Assembly: GCA_051313645.2 (NCBI GenBank)
Contig: JBNRSN020000002.1
Coordinates: forward strand, 552,544,001 to 552,608,000
Direction of reading: 5' to 3'
Length of the DNA: 64,000 nt
Source: Centroscyllium fabricii
Lineage: Eukaryota
In this document: positions 1-12,063 of the stretch, one piece after another
Layout of the letters: the number at the start of each line of letters is the position of its first letter
Numbering within the stretch: position 1 is the first letter of the stretch
Made by a program: the position numbers and the translations under genes
Notes under the pieces: generated by a model
The model's database searches: none
What the model was told of the DNA's origin: nothing
The model's input: only the letters and a program-made list of their open reading frames with translations

Positions 1-71
1 AGGCCGGATTTGAACCCGGACCCCTGGCGCTGTGAGGCAACAGTGCTAACCACTATGCCACCGTGCCGCCC
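1..71 (-). mobile_element. HE1-like SINE, tRNA-derived head (cut by window edge)
   Basis: Reverse complement of GGGCGGCACGGTGGCATAGTGGTTAGCAC...GGTTCAAATCC (A and B boxes); same as other copies in the window. Confidence 0.85.
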
Positions 72-274
72 CATGAAGCAGAACTTTACCCCAAATAATT
101 GGCTCCATTAGTGCTTTCAGTTACCCCACTGTACTTTGGAATTTGTGAAGTAACATTAATATGACCCAAAGTAACTTTGACAAAAAGGCTTGCATTTATA
201 TAGCGCCTTTCACGACCTTTGGCCATCCCAAAGCAGTTTACAGCCAATGATGTTCTTTTGAAGTGCGGTCAGTA

Positions 275-755
275 GGTCCATTCCTGAGATGAGGGGGTTG
301 TTTTGTGACGAAAGGTTGAGCAGGTTGGGCCTGTACTCATTGATAGGTTTAGAAGAATGAGAGGGGATCTTATTGAAACATCTAAGATTCTGAGGGGGCT
401 TGACAGGGCAGATGCAGAGAGGATGTCTCCCCTCGTGGGGGCATCTAGAACTAGGGGGCATAGTTTCAGGACAAGGGGTCGCCCATTTAAGACGGAGATG
501 AGGAGGAATTTCTTCTCTCAGAGGGTCGTGAATCTTTGGAATTCTTTACCCCAGAGAGCTGTGGAGGCGGAGTCATTGAGTGTATTCAAGACAGAGATAG
601 ACAGATATTTGAGCTGCCGGGGAGTCAAGGGTTATGGGGAGCGGGCGGGAAAGTGGAGTTGAGGCCAAGGTCAGATCAGCCACGATCTTACTGAATGGCG
701 GAGCGGGCTCGAGGGGCCGATTGGCCTACTCCTGCTCCTATTTCTTATGTTCTTA
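275..755 (+). mobile_element. CR1 LINE 3' fragment
   Basis: RMRGDLIET...RTRGH...FFSQRVVNLWNSLP ORF2 end, 3' hairpin and (TTCTTATG)n tail. Confidence 0.9.
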
Positions 756-1039
756 CTGTTGTAATGTAGGAAACGCGGCAGCCAATATTCACACAGTCCC
801 ACAAACAGCAATGAGATGATAGCCAGATCATCTGCTTTTTACTGATGTTGGTTGAGGGATATATATTGGCCAAGACACCGGGGAGAACTCCCCATCTCTT
901 CTTTGAATAGTGTCATGGGTACTTCTATATCCACCTGAGGGGGCAGTCCTGGCCTCGGTTTAACGTCTCATCCAAAAGATGGCACCTTCGACAGTGCAGC
1001 ACTCCCTCAGCACTGCACTGGAGTGTCAGCCTAGCTTTA

Positions 1040-1452
1040 GGGCTGCACGGTGGCATAGTGGTTAGCACTGTTGCCTCACAGCGCCAGGGGTCCGGGTTCA
1101 AATCCGGCCTCGGGTGACTATCTGTGTGGAGTTTGCACATTCTCCCCGTGTCTGCGTGGGTTTCCTCCGGGTGCTCCGGTTTCCTCCCACAGTCCAAAGA
1201 TGTGCGGGTTAGGTTGATTGGCCGGGATAAATTGACCGTTAGGGTGATTGAATATGTGGGGTTACGGGGATAGGGTGTGATATGTGTCGGTGCAGGCTCG
1301 AGAGGGATCGAGGGGATATGGGGAGAAGGCAGAGATAGGGTGCTGGGTTTGGATGATCACCCATGATCTCAGTGAATGGCGGAGCAGGCTCGAAGGGCCG
1401 AATGGCCGACTCCTGCTCCTATCTTCTACGTTTCTATGTTTCTATGTTTCTA
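1040..1452 (+). mobile_element. HE1-like V-SINE
   Basis: tRNA head, V-domain GTGTGGAGTTTGCACATTCTCCCCGTG, CR1-derived tail (TTTCTATG)n. Confidence 0.9.
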
Positions 1453-2583
1453 AATACTCAAGTCTCCGGTGCGGGGCTTGAACCCACAATCGTCTGACTC
1501 AGAGGCGAGAGTGCTGCCCACTGAGCCACAGCTGACAACTTGCTTTTTCCCACGTGCAGAAATATTTGACAGTCTGAATTTCTACCTTAAAATAACTGCA
1601 AACAGGTTGGTATAAACCTGCGAACTTCAACATTAGTTAAGTGATCATTAACATTCAGTGACAAGCCTTGCAAATCACTGCCAGCCTGAAGTGCTGGTAC
1701 TCTGCAGTAGAAAGGGTTTATCCACTTCATATCATGTTTGGGAATGCAGGCTCTGTGCGAGACCCAGCGGTGCAATACACATAGATTAAAGAGCAATAAC
1801 ACATACAATGATTTTATTAGGGACGCATCAACTTGTATTAAACTGAAACTCCTGCTTTGCTTCCCCAGGATAGTACTTCAAACTGGTGGCCTGAGTTTCA
1901 CATTGGAAACCTGATATACTGCCAGCTGAATATCTCGAAAGCTGCATTAAAAAAAAATGCCCCCAGCAGCAGACTGCTGTTTGTTAGAGACTGCGTACAA
2001 AAGAACCATCCTCGACTGCTTATAAACACAGCAGAGTATCACATGAATCAGAGGTGTACAAGAGTCATTATAAAAGCATCATGGTCTAGTTAAGTAACAT
2101 ATGTGTAGCTTAGCTTTTTAACATCACTGCTTATTTATTTATTTTAAACATGGAATACACTTTCTGTCAAGGCTACAACGGCAGTTTGATAAATGTAGAA
2201 TCCTTCAACTGAACCTGCACCAACATCTACTATGTTCTTCCAACAGTTCACAACTTAGTGATATTCCAGCAACATCCGTCCAAATACATATATTTTTGGG
2301 GGCTGCGGATTATTTTGGGCAGGGATCTGTCAGAGCTTTGAAAGTGTCCTTGTGGTGGGATATTTGGTCCTCAGTGTTATTTTACTGGTGTGGTGACATT
2401 ACTGCCCCATTCAGATCTTTAAAGAGTTACACAGAATGTACCACACAGAAACAGGCCATTCAGCCCAACTAGCCTGTGCTGGTGTTTATGCTCCACACGA
2501 GCCTCCTCCCATTCGACTTCATCTCACCCCAACAGCACAACCGCCACAACCTCCATCCCTCTTCCTGGCAATTGTCTGAGGTT

Positions 2584-2973
2584 GAAACATAGAAGATAGG
2601 AGCAGGAGTAGGCCATTCGGCCCTTCGAGCCTGCTCCGCCATTCAGTGAGATCATGGCTGATCATCCAAACCCAGTACCCTGTCCCTGCCTTGTCCCCAT
2701 ATCCCTCTCGAGCCTGCACCGACACATATCCCACCCTATCCCTGTAACCCCACATATTCAATCCCCCTAACACAAAGGGTCAATTTATCATGGCTAATCA
2801 ACCTAACCCGCACATCTTTGGACTGTGGGAGGAAACCGGAGCACCCGGAGGAAACCCACGCAGACACGGGGAGAATGTGCAAACTCCACACAGATAGTAC
2901 CCGAGGCTGGATTTGAACCCGGGTCTCCAGTGCTGTGAGACAACAGTGCTAACCACTATGTCACCGTGCCGCC
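2584..2973 (-). mobile_element. HE1-like V-SINE
   Basis: Full-length reverse copy of the same family. Confidence 0.9.
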
Positions 2974-2974
2974 G

Positions 2975-3240
2975 TGAACCAGACTGTTCAAATCTTGGTG
3001 TCATGCTTGACCCCGAGGTGAACTTCCAACTACATATCTGTGCCATCGCTAAGACCGCCTCCGGAACATCGCCCGACTCCGCCCCTGCCTCAGCTCATCC
3101 GCTGCTGAAACCCTCATCCGTGCCTTTGTGTCCTCTGGACTTGACTATTCCAACGCTCCTCTGGCCGGCCACTCACGTTCTACCCGACATAAACTTGAGG
3201 TCATCCAAAACTCTAGCCGCCCCGTGTCCTAACGCGCGCC
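2975..3240 (+). mobile_element. L2-like LINE fragment
   Basis: Degenerate NLGVMLD and LDYSN motifs typical of the L2 ORF2 C-terminus. Confidence 0.6.
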
Positions 3241-3458
3241 AGGGTTGCTCATCCTCGGCACTAAGAAGGTTTGCACAGCAGCAGATGCAACCTGCCACCT
3301 TGCATCTTCGGCAAAAGTGGATGCAACACTGCCTCTTCAGTCACCTGCAAAGCTACACTCGCACCCCGCCAGTTTCTACCTGTGCGGGTAAATCACTGCG
3401 ATGGTCGTGTTGCAGATCTGCAGGAAAAGAAACGCAGCAAACAGTCCCTTCTGGGTGC

Positions 3459-3654
3459 TGACATGAATCAACTGAGTGGCCTGCGGGTGGCACTGTCCAG
3501 GGAGAGTATAAGTACTCGGGCACAGGCCCAGCTTGCGCAGGACATTCTTTAACAGGAACTAGTGAAGGACACAACTAGACCTCCATGTTGTAAAACAGTT
3601 GATTAAAGCTTTGTTTAACGCTCAGACCAAGTGCCTAGTAGTTTTCTTACGTCA
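3459..3654 (+). mobile_element. Solo LTR, 196 bp
   Basis: TGAC...GTCA termini, perfect 5-bp GGTGC target duplication, internal TATAAG and ATTAAA. Confidence 0.75.
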
Positions 3655-4099
3655 GGTGCCAAGCAAATCGATGGGCAGCATGGAGGGACCAATCGCAGAT
3701 GTGTACAGGCTCTCCTGATGGCTTGGCTCTTGCTTATGTGCAGCTTGTGATCTACAAAGACCTCTGGGTTTCACCCCATAACTGTTTATTATTCCATACA
3801 CAGAACAGCAACCTTCTTCTCAAAAAAAAAAATGCACCAAATATCTAAGTTGTGGACAGTTGGTCTTAACTAAATTAAAACCGAAGAAAAGAGCACCAGA
3901 TTCACACTCCATTTGGATTAGTACAGCACTGGCACGCAGTAAGAATGGCTGTATGTGCGAGGCACCTGCTGTTAGACAAAAAAGAAACCACGGTAACATC
4001 TTCCATCTTTTGTTTTTTCCTTCGAGATATATTCTTTATTCAAAAGGATGACAAGTTGGATGAATGTTTCGTCAGGCTTAATGTGAAGAGACAGTACTA

Positions 4100-4297
<198 letters not shown>

Positions 4298-5366
4298 TTA
4301 CAAATTCAATTCCCCTCATTCTGCTCCCGATATTTAAAAACATCTTGGAAAAATGCAGAGCGCGTCAGGAGATGCTACAAACTGGCTCCTTTATTATTTT
4401 CTCCACGAATCCCGCACAGTAAAGAGGCGCGAGAGCGGCCTGCAACAAAGCTCGCTGCACTTCAATCTGTATTCACATCTGTTGCCCATTCAGAGCGAGC
4501 TCCCCATGGCCTTTCATACCTTTCCAATATCGCTGGTTAAACATTTCGTTTCATTTTTATATTGTTCGTACGAGGGTGCCAGTGTAGCGTTTCTGTTCTG
4601 CAATGAACGCCAAAACTACAAGCAGCTGCAGCCTGTCCACGGCAGGCGCAGAAGGAACGCTGGATATAACGCAGCCTCGCTTGCTCCCTTACTCACCCTG
4701 GGCCTGGGCTGTCAGTGCTGCATTTCGCTGCCTGACGTTTTACAGGTGTGCGCACCCTGGATTTGAAGAGATGTACTTTACAGTCATTTAAAATATATAA
4801 CAACACACACACTCACAAATAAATTAAGGCAATGTACAAATACAAAGAACAGGCCCGAGCCGCTGAAAACAAATTTCGGTTCAAATCAAATCCATTGATT
4901 AATTTGAGAGTTTATGATGCAGGAGGGTCAGTGTGTTCATTTTTTTTAATCAATCCCTGATTTCTGAACAACATCCTTCCCTGTTTTTCTGGGGGCGGAG
5001 AAGGGTCCTTGTGTGGAGCAAATTCTGAATGCATTTATAAAGAACAGGTTTACATTCTCATTATTGAGTGCCCCCCTGGAGACCACTAGAGTGGAATACC
5101 TCACCGAATTGGCTGTCCTTCATGTGTGAGCTCAGAGAGCAAAATTTCTTCAACCATGCTGTGTTTACCGGCCAAACTAAATTAATTCCTCACCGACACG
5201 TCCACACAAACACTTTCCATTGGGGCCGGGGGGGTGGGGGGTGGTGAGAAGGGGTCATTGGATAGTCATAATCTTAGGGTTACTGAGGCCAATTGCAATT
5301 CCCCGACTGTTGCTTCAGCTGAGTTCAAGTAACTCAGCGCAAATGAGGAAACAAATCGGGGACCAC

Positions 5367-6257
5367 GGGCAGGATTTCCATTGGGACATGAGGCGGGTTT
5401 TTGGGCGGGACTGCAATGAAAATAGCAAAAATGGGGGTCTGCGCCCCCTCCCGCCGCCTTCCCGCCTGCTTGTCAATTTCAGCCGGTGGGTCCGACTGGC
5501 CCACCTCAGATCCGCCCGGCATCGGCGGGGATGCTTGTTAGGCTCATTAGGGGCTCTTAATTGGCATTGGTAATGCCATTTTAAGGGCCCCTTGCTACTT
5601 TGACCCTCTTCCCACCCAGAACCTGCCTGGTGAGAACACCGCTGTTGAAAGCTGGCCGGCACCCAATCGGCTGAGTGACTGCCACCTTCAAGGCATGGAA
5701 ACAACAGCCGCACGGCGGCTTGCTAGCCTCCAACATGCGGTGTAACTGGCACCCAAGGGTGCCAAAATTCAGTGGCCAAAGACCTTAAAATCATTTGCCT
5801 GCCAACTGCGTCCCACTGGCTGACAGACATCACGCAGCGAGCTGTGTCTGTGAAGCAAAGCAGCTCCACTGTCAATCACCAGTGGATCAGTTTCTGTTTA
5901 CATTCCACTGAAACCACAAACAAACAGAGGCAGCCTAGTTAAAGCTGTCACTCTTAGATTTGTAGTTTCATCTGTTGACAGAGCATTATGACATCATAAT
6001 GCCCTGAAACCACAGAAAGAGAAACACCAAGCCTATCAGTACAGCTGTCAATCATCGGCTCTGCTGCAGACACAGGTCAAAGCCCGCCCAGTTTATAGAC
6101 AAAATCCCTCAATTGCCAGGATCTTCCCACACTCAGGGACATAATTGGCCAATTAAGCCAAAATTGCGTGGGGATTCCACACCCTTCAGAAAGTGGGAAG
6201 ATAGAGTGATCAGTGGGGATCCCACCCATTTCCCACACCTTCAGGAAAATCTTGCCC
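5367..6257 (+). mobile_element. About 890-bp non-autonomous TIR element (MITE family A, PIF/Harbinger-like)
   Basis: TIR GGGCAGGATTT/AAATCTTGCCC; close copies at 27165-28049 (inverted) and 38558-39446; superfamily tentative because target duplications are imperfect. Confidence 0.8.
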
Positions 6258-7114
6258 CTCCTGTCTCATTACCACGTCAGACTGCGCCACTAGCCACAAA
6301 GCTAGTCGGGCAGCTCCACGACCCCTTTTTAAGCAGGAGGGCGGGATAATGTGGTCCAGAGAGCAGTTTGGAATTCTTCTCAATGCCGATCTGTGGTCCA
6401 CCAACACAGGATTTAAGAAGTTAGGAGCAAGCCCCTCCAACCCATCGCAGGTTGAGATAGCCTTTTCCCTAGACTGTCACTGATCTCATCTCCTCTGGAG
6501 ATCTTCACCCCACGGTCTTCAACCTCATAGTCTCCCAACCTAGCACAGCCTTCAACCTCATAGTCTCCCAACCTAGCACAACCCTTCCCAAGGTCCACAG
6601 GTAGACCCATCGTTTCAGCCTGTTCTTGCACCACTGAACTTGCTGCTTCCTTCCAACTGACGACCCTTGTTGGTCGACGGATAGTGAGAGAAAATTAAAG
6701 GCAGCAATACCCAGACCATCAAGACCTCATCACTGGAATGAGGGGAAACCAGGAGAGCGGGAAAAGCGTTGGTGAATTTCTGTTTAAAGGAAACTATTTT
6801 GAGTAAGTTAAGTGGAGATGAGAAGAAAAATAAAAACAGAAAAAGCACCAACAGTAAAGTGACGTTAAAGGAGCAGGACAGATCGCTATCAGTTATAGGA
6901 ATGGTATCACACTGGTCAAATGTTAATGACTTTCTCACGGGTGACAAAGCAATTGTAATCGATTACCACCCAATGCGATAATCAGTGAATCTACGGCTAT
7001 TGGCAGAAGTGCCAGAAATAATTCTGAAAGACAGTGGGTTGTGCAAACCATTAGGTGTGAAATATCATCTCTGGGTATTGTGATAATAACAGCACTCACA
7101 GGGTACATTTAAAG

Positions 7115-10100
7115 AAAGAAGCAAAAGGAATTAGCTGCACAAATAGAGGCAAACAAATATGACATGATTGGGATTACGGAAACATGGCTCCAGGGTGACC
7201 AAGACTGGGAACTCAACATCCAGGGGTGCGCAATATTCAGGAAAGATAGGCAAAAAGGAAAAGGAGGTGAGGTAGCATTGCTGGTTAAAGAGGGGATTAA
7301 CACAATTGTAAGGAAGTATATAAGCTCTGAGGATGTGGAATTTGTATGGGTGGAACTGAGAAATACCAAGGGGCAGAAAACGTCAGTGAGAGTGGTATTT
7401 TTTTTAATTCATTGATTGGATGTGGGCGTCGCTGGCTGGCTAGGCCTGCATTTAGTGCCCATCCCTAATTGCCCTTGAGAAGATGGTGGTGAGCCGCCTT
7501 CTTGAACCGCTGCAGTCCATATGGTGTAGGTACACCCACAATGTTGTTAGGAAGGGAGTTCCAGGATTTTGGCCCAGCGACAGTGAAGGAGCGGCGATAC
7601 AGGTCCATGTCAGGATGGTGTGTGGCTTGGAGGGGAACTTGTAGGTGGTGCTGTTCCCATGCATCTGCTGCCCTTGTCCTTCTAAGTGGTAGAGGTCGCA
7701 GGTTTGGAAGGTGCTGTTGAAGGAGCTTTGGCGAGTTGCTGCAGTGCATCTTGTAGATGGTACACACTGCAGCCACAGTGCACCGGTGGTGGAGGGAGTG
7801 AATGTTGAAGGTGGTGGATGGAGTGCCAATTAAGCGGCCTGCTTTATCCTGAATGGTGTCGAGCTTCTTGAGTGTTGTTGGAGCTGCACTCATCCGGGCA
7901 AGTGGAGATTATTCCATCACACTCCTGACTTGTGCCTTGTAGATGGTGGAAAGGCTTTGGGGAGTCAGGAGGTGAGACACTCGCCGCAGAATTCCCAGCC
8001 TCTGGCCTGCTCTTGTAGCCACAGTATTTATATGGCTGGTCCAGTTCAGTTTTCGATCAATGGTAACCCCAGGATGTTGATAGTGGGGGATTCAGCGATG
8101 ATAATGCCATTGAATGTCAAGGGGAGATGGTTAGAGTCTCGCTTGTTGGAGATGGTCATTGCCTGGCACCTAGGTGGTGCGAATGTTACTTGCCACTTGT
8201 CAGCCCAAGTCTGAATGTTGTCCAGGTCTTGCTGCATATGGACACAGACTGCGTCAGGATCTGACGAGTCTCGAATGGTGCTGAATGGTATATAGACCCC
8301 CAAACAGTAATACGGATGTTGGGGATGGCATTAAAAGGGATATTAGAGAAGTGTGCAATAAGGGCACAGCAGTTATCATGGGTGACTTCAATCTACATAT
8401 AGATTGGGCTAACCAAATTAGTAACAATATTGTGGAAGAGGAATTCCTGGAGTGTATACAGGATGGTTTCCTGGACGAATATGTCGAGGAACCAACTAGA
8501 GATCAGGCCATCTTAGACTGGGTATTAAGTAATGAGAAAGGATTAATTAGCAATCTTGTTGTGAGAGGACCCTTGGGTCAGAGCGATCATAATATGATCG
8601 AATTCTTCATTAAGCTGGAGAGTGAAGTAGTTGACTCAGAGACTAGGGTCCTGAATTTAAATAAAGGAAACTATGATGGTTTGAGGCGTGAGTTGGATAG
8701 GATTGATTGGTGAATGTCACTTGTCAGAAAAAGCAGTAAATCTGAGGATTGGGAACAGTTTAGGATTCAGCAAAGGAGGTCAAAGGGATTAATTAAGAGG
8801 GGGAAAATAGAGTATGACAGTAAGCTTGTAGGGAACATAAAAACTGACTGTAAAAGCTTTTATAGATATGTGAAGAGAAAAGGATTGGTGAAGTCAAGCG
8901 TAGGTCCCTTGCAGACAGAATCAGGGGAATCTATAATGGGGAACAAAGAACTGGCACACCAATTAAATACATACTTTGTTTCTGTCTTCACAAAGGAGGA
9001 TACATATAACCTCCCAGGGATGTCGGGGAACATAGGGTCTAATGAGAGGGAGGAACTGAAAGAAATCAGTTTTTGTAAGGAAATGGAGTTTGGGAAATTG
9101 ACGGGATTGAAGGCCGATAAATCCCCAGGGCCTGATAATTTACATCCAAGGGTACTTAAGGAAGTGGCTTTAAGTAGTAGACGCATTGCTGGTCATCATC
9201 CAAAATTCGATAGACTCTGAACAGTACCCCTGGATTGGAGGGTAGCTAATGTTACCCCACTATTCAAAAGAGGTGGTAGAGAGAAAACGGTAAGCCTGAC
9301 ATCCGTAGTGGGGAAAATGCTAGAGTCCATTATAAAAGATGTAATAGCAGAGCACTTGGAAAACAGTGACAGGATCAGACAAACTCAACATGGATTTACA
9401 AAAGGTAAATCGTGCTTGACTAATCTACTGGAATTTTTTGAGGATGTAACTGGTAAAATAGATAAGGGAGAACCAGTGGATGTGGCATATTTGGATTTTC
9501 AGAAGGCTTTCGATAAGGTCCCCCATAAGAGATTAGCGTGTAAAGTTGAGGCACATGGGATTTGGGGGCAAGGTATTGACTTGGATAGAGAACTGGTTGG
9601 CAGACAGAAAGCAAAGAGTTGGAAGAAATGGGTCTTTTTCCGAGTGGCAGGCAGTGACTAGTGGGGTACTGCAGGGATCGGTCCTAGGACCCCAGCTATT
9701 CAAAACATATCAATGATCTAGATTAGGGAACTAGATGTAATATATCCAAGTTTGCTGATGACACAAAGCTGGGTGGGCGTGTGTGCTGTGAGGAGGCTGC
9801 CGAGAAACTTCAGTATGATTTGGACAGGTTGGGTGATTGGGCAGATGCAGTATAATGTGGATAAATGGGATGTTATCCACTTTGGTGTCAAAAACAGAAA
9901 GGCAGATTATTATCTGAATGGCAATAGATTGGGAGAAGGGGAAGTGCAACGAGACCTGGGTGTCCTTGTGCACCAGTCGCTCAAGGTAAGCATGCAATTG
10001 CAGCAGGCGGTTAAGAAGGCAAATGGTATGTTGGCCTTCGTAGCGAGAGACCACATCTTGAGTATTGTGTGCAGTTTTGGTCGTCTTACCTAAGGACGGA

Positions 10101-10613
10101 TGTTCTTGCCATGGAGTGAGTGCAGCGAAGATTCACCAGGCTGATACCTGGGATGGCAGGAATGACGTATGAGGAGAGATTAGGTCGATTGCACTTATAC
10201 TTGCTGGAGTTCAGAAGAATGAGAGGGGATCTCATTGAAACTTATAAAATTCTAACAGGACTAGACAGACTAGATGCAGGATGTTCCCGATGGCTGGGGA
10301 GTCCAGAACCAGGGGTCACAGTCTAAGGATAAGGGGTAAGCCATTTAGGACTGAGATGATGAGGAATTTCTTCACCCAGAGAGTGGTGAACCTGTGGAAT
10401 TCTCTACCACAGAAGGCAGTAGAGGCCAATTCATTAAATATATTCAAGAAGGAGTTAGATATATTTCTTAAGGCTAAAGGGATCAAGGGATATGGGGAGA
10501 AGGCAGGGACAGGGTACTGAATTTTGATGGTCAGCCATGATCTCTTTGAATGGCGGAGCAGGCTCGAGGGGCCGAATGGCCTACTCCTGCTCCTGTCTTC
10601 CATGTTTCTATGT
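7115..10613 (+). mobile_element. Decayed long CR1 LINE (AP endonuclease plus RT) with internal deletions and one nested LINE
   Basis: IGITETWL, GDFN and SDH endonuclease motifs; QHGF, YLDFQKAFDKVPH and FADD RT motifs; frameshifts; CR1 3' tail. Confidence 0.93.
7400..8286 (-). mobile_element. Second CR1-clade LINE 3' fragment nested in the CR1 endonuclease region
   Basis: QQDLDNIQTWADKWQVTFAP..., EYSPLAW-like, KSWNSLP; TGGTAT at both junctions; other copies at about 44310-44832 and 54850-55240. Confidence 0.85.
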
Positions 10614-10993
10614 TAATCCACTTCCAGTTGGATTGAAAAGTTGGATTCTGAAAAAGAACCTCCACTGACCAAGAATGGTTTATCCCGATGAGGAAAGGCG
10701 TTCCTCGACACCAGTGGTAGATGAGGGCTTACAGCAGGAGCGGGAGATGGTGCAGCACATTCAAGCTGCATTGAACTGTGAAACAGAAAGGGGACGTAGG
10801 GTGTGTGACCATTATCCTGACATGGCGAGTTACCAATTCCAGTCACGTTATGATGGGCTGATGTGAGCAGAGCACCGCCTCTTAGTAACATATGAACTCA
10901 CCTTGACTATCTCTTAATGTCTCTTCCTTCAACCCCGCCCCCACTTCCCAGCCCCCCAAACTGCCTTTTGTTTCATTTCCTGTCTTTTTCCTC

Positions 10994-11029
10994 AGTTCTG
11001 AAGAAGGGTTTCGACCTGAAACGTTGACT
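10994..11029 (+). ncRNA. Minimal type-I hammerhead ribozyme motif in Penelope pseudo-LTR (family 2)
   Basis: AGTT-CTGAAGA-A-GGGT(ttcg)ACCT-GAA-ACGT-T-GACT: core CUGANGA/GAAA, stems I and II, palindromic stem III. Confidence 0.65.
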
Positions 11030-11201
11030 CTATTTCTCTCTTCACGGATGTTGCCTGGCCTGCTGAGTTTTTCCAGCGTTTTCTGTTGTTATTTAGCATC
11101 TTAACTCCATTTAGACACATTGGTTCTTGTAACCCCTTAATACCCTTGCCGAATAAAAACCTATCAATCTCAATTTTGAAATTTTCAACTGAGCCCCAGC
11201 C

Positions 11202-11352
11202 AATGTTCCTGCTCATTTCTTTTTCGGGTGCACGACCCCTTTAACGGGCTGCGCCATTCAGGTTTCCGCGCCTGCGGGGTTTTTCCATTTAAATTCCACC
11301 GAGCGCCCTGCACAGGACCTCCAGACTGCCGCGCAGCTGAACAGAAACATTG
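11202..11352. mobile_element. Tiny TIR element (hAT-like); relatives at about 14310-14484 and 18829-18967
   Basis: CA(A/G)TGTTCC...(G/A)ACATTG termini shared by three 140-180 bp copies. Confidence 0.55.
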
Positions 11353-11734
11353 CCCCCCCCCAGCCTCAGCAGCTTTTCGAGGGGGGGGGAGAGTTCCAGA
11401 TTCCCACGACCCCGTGTGTGCAGAACTGCTTCGTGACATTGCCCCTGAAGGGCCTGGCTCCAACTTTAAGGTTATGACCCCTTGTGCTGGGCCCCCTCTT
11501 CCTCACACGGTGTGCCCCCGAAATCCCAGTCAAGCTGTGAGTTGGCGATGTGAGTCACGCTCAGTCTCTTCCTCACAAAGGAGGGCAGGAAATCATCTGG
11601 GTTACTCAGACTAAACATCCGAGCAAATTGGCTCAAGAGAACACTGACGGGGCACGAGACCCTCTCACAGTGGGTTTGTGGAAGGGAAGCTGAAAAGAGG
11701 GAAAACAATTTATTTTTAAAAAAATGGAGCTCAA

Positions 11735-12045
11735 AACATAGAAATATAGAAGATTGGAGCAGGAGTAGGCCATTCGGCCCCTCGAGCCTGCTCCGCCATT
11801 TAATGAGATCATGGCTGATCATCAAAACTCAGTACCCTGTCCCTGCCTTCTCCCCATATCCCTTGATCCCTTTAGCCTTAAGAAATATATCTAACTCCTT
11901 CTTGAATATATTTAATGAATTGGCCTCTACTGCCTTCTGTGGTAGAGAATTCCACAGGTTCACCACTCTCTGGGTGAAGAAATTGCTCCTCATCTCTGTC
12001 CTAAATGGCTTACCCCTTATCCTTAGACTGTGACCCCTGGTTCTG
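11735..12045 (-). mobile_element. CR1 3' fragment
   Basis: Near-identical inverted copy of about 10305-10613. Confidence 0.9.
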
Positions 12046-12063
12046 AAAGTAAGTAAAAATAAT

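Larger units (their letters stand above)
183..1537 (-). mobile_element. DeuSINE (SacSINE1-like) split by a CR1 fragment and an HE1 SINE
   Basis: Tail TTGCATTTATATAGCGCC, Deu-domain-like CCTCGGTTTAACGTCTCATCC...GACAGTGCAGCACTCCCTC, tRNA-like head at about 1470-1537; body resumes across both insertions. Confidence 0.7.

Noticed and set aside
1040-1112. tRNA-like sequence with A and B boxes (many copies)
   Set aside because: SINE heads that continue into a V-domain and LINE tail, not tRNA genes
6517-6582. Two-copy local duplications (33 bp here; others at about 58788-58828 and 62320-62435)
   Set aside because: Ordinary slippage-type duplications with no further structure
7115-10613. Possible active CR1
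   Set aside because: Frameshifts, stops, internal deletions, a nested insertion and no ORF1
10675-10866. 63-aa ORF MVYPDEERRS...
   Set aside because: No recognisable motif, short, and between TE remnants
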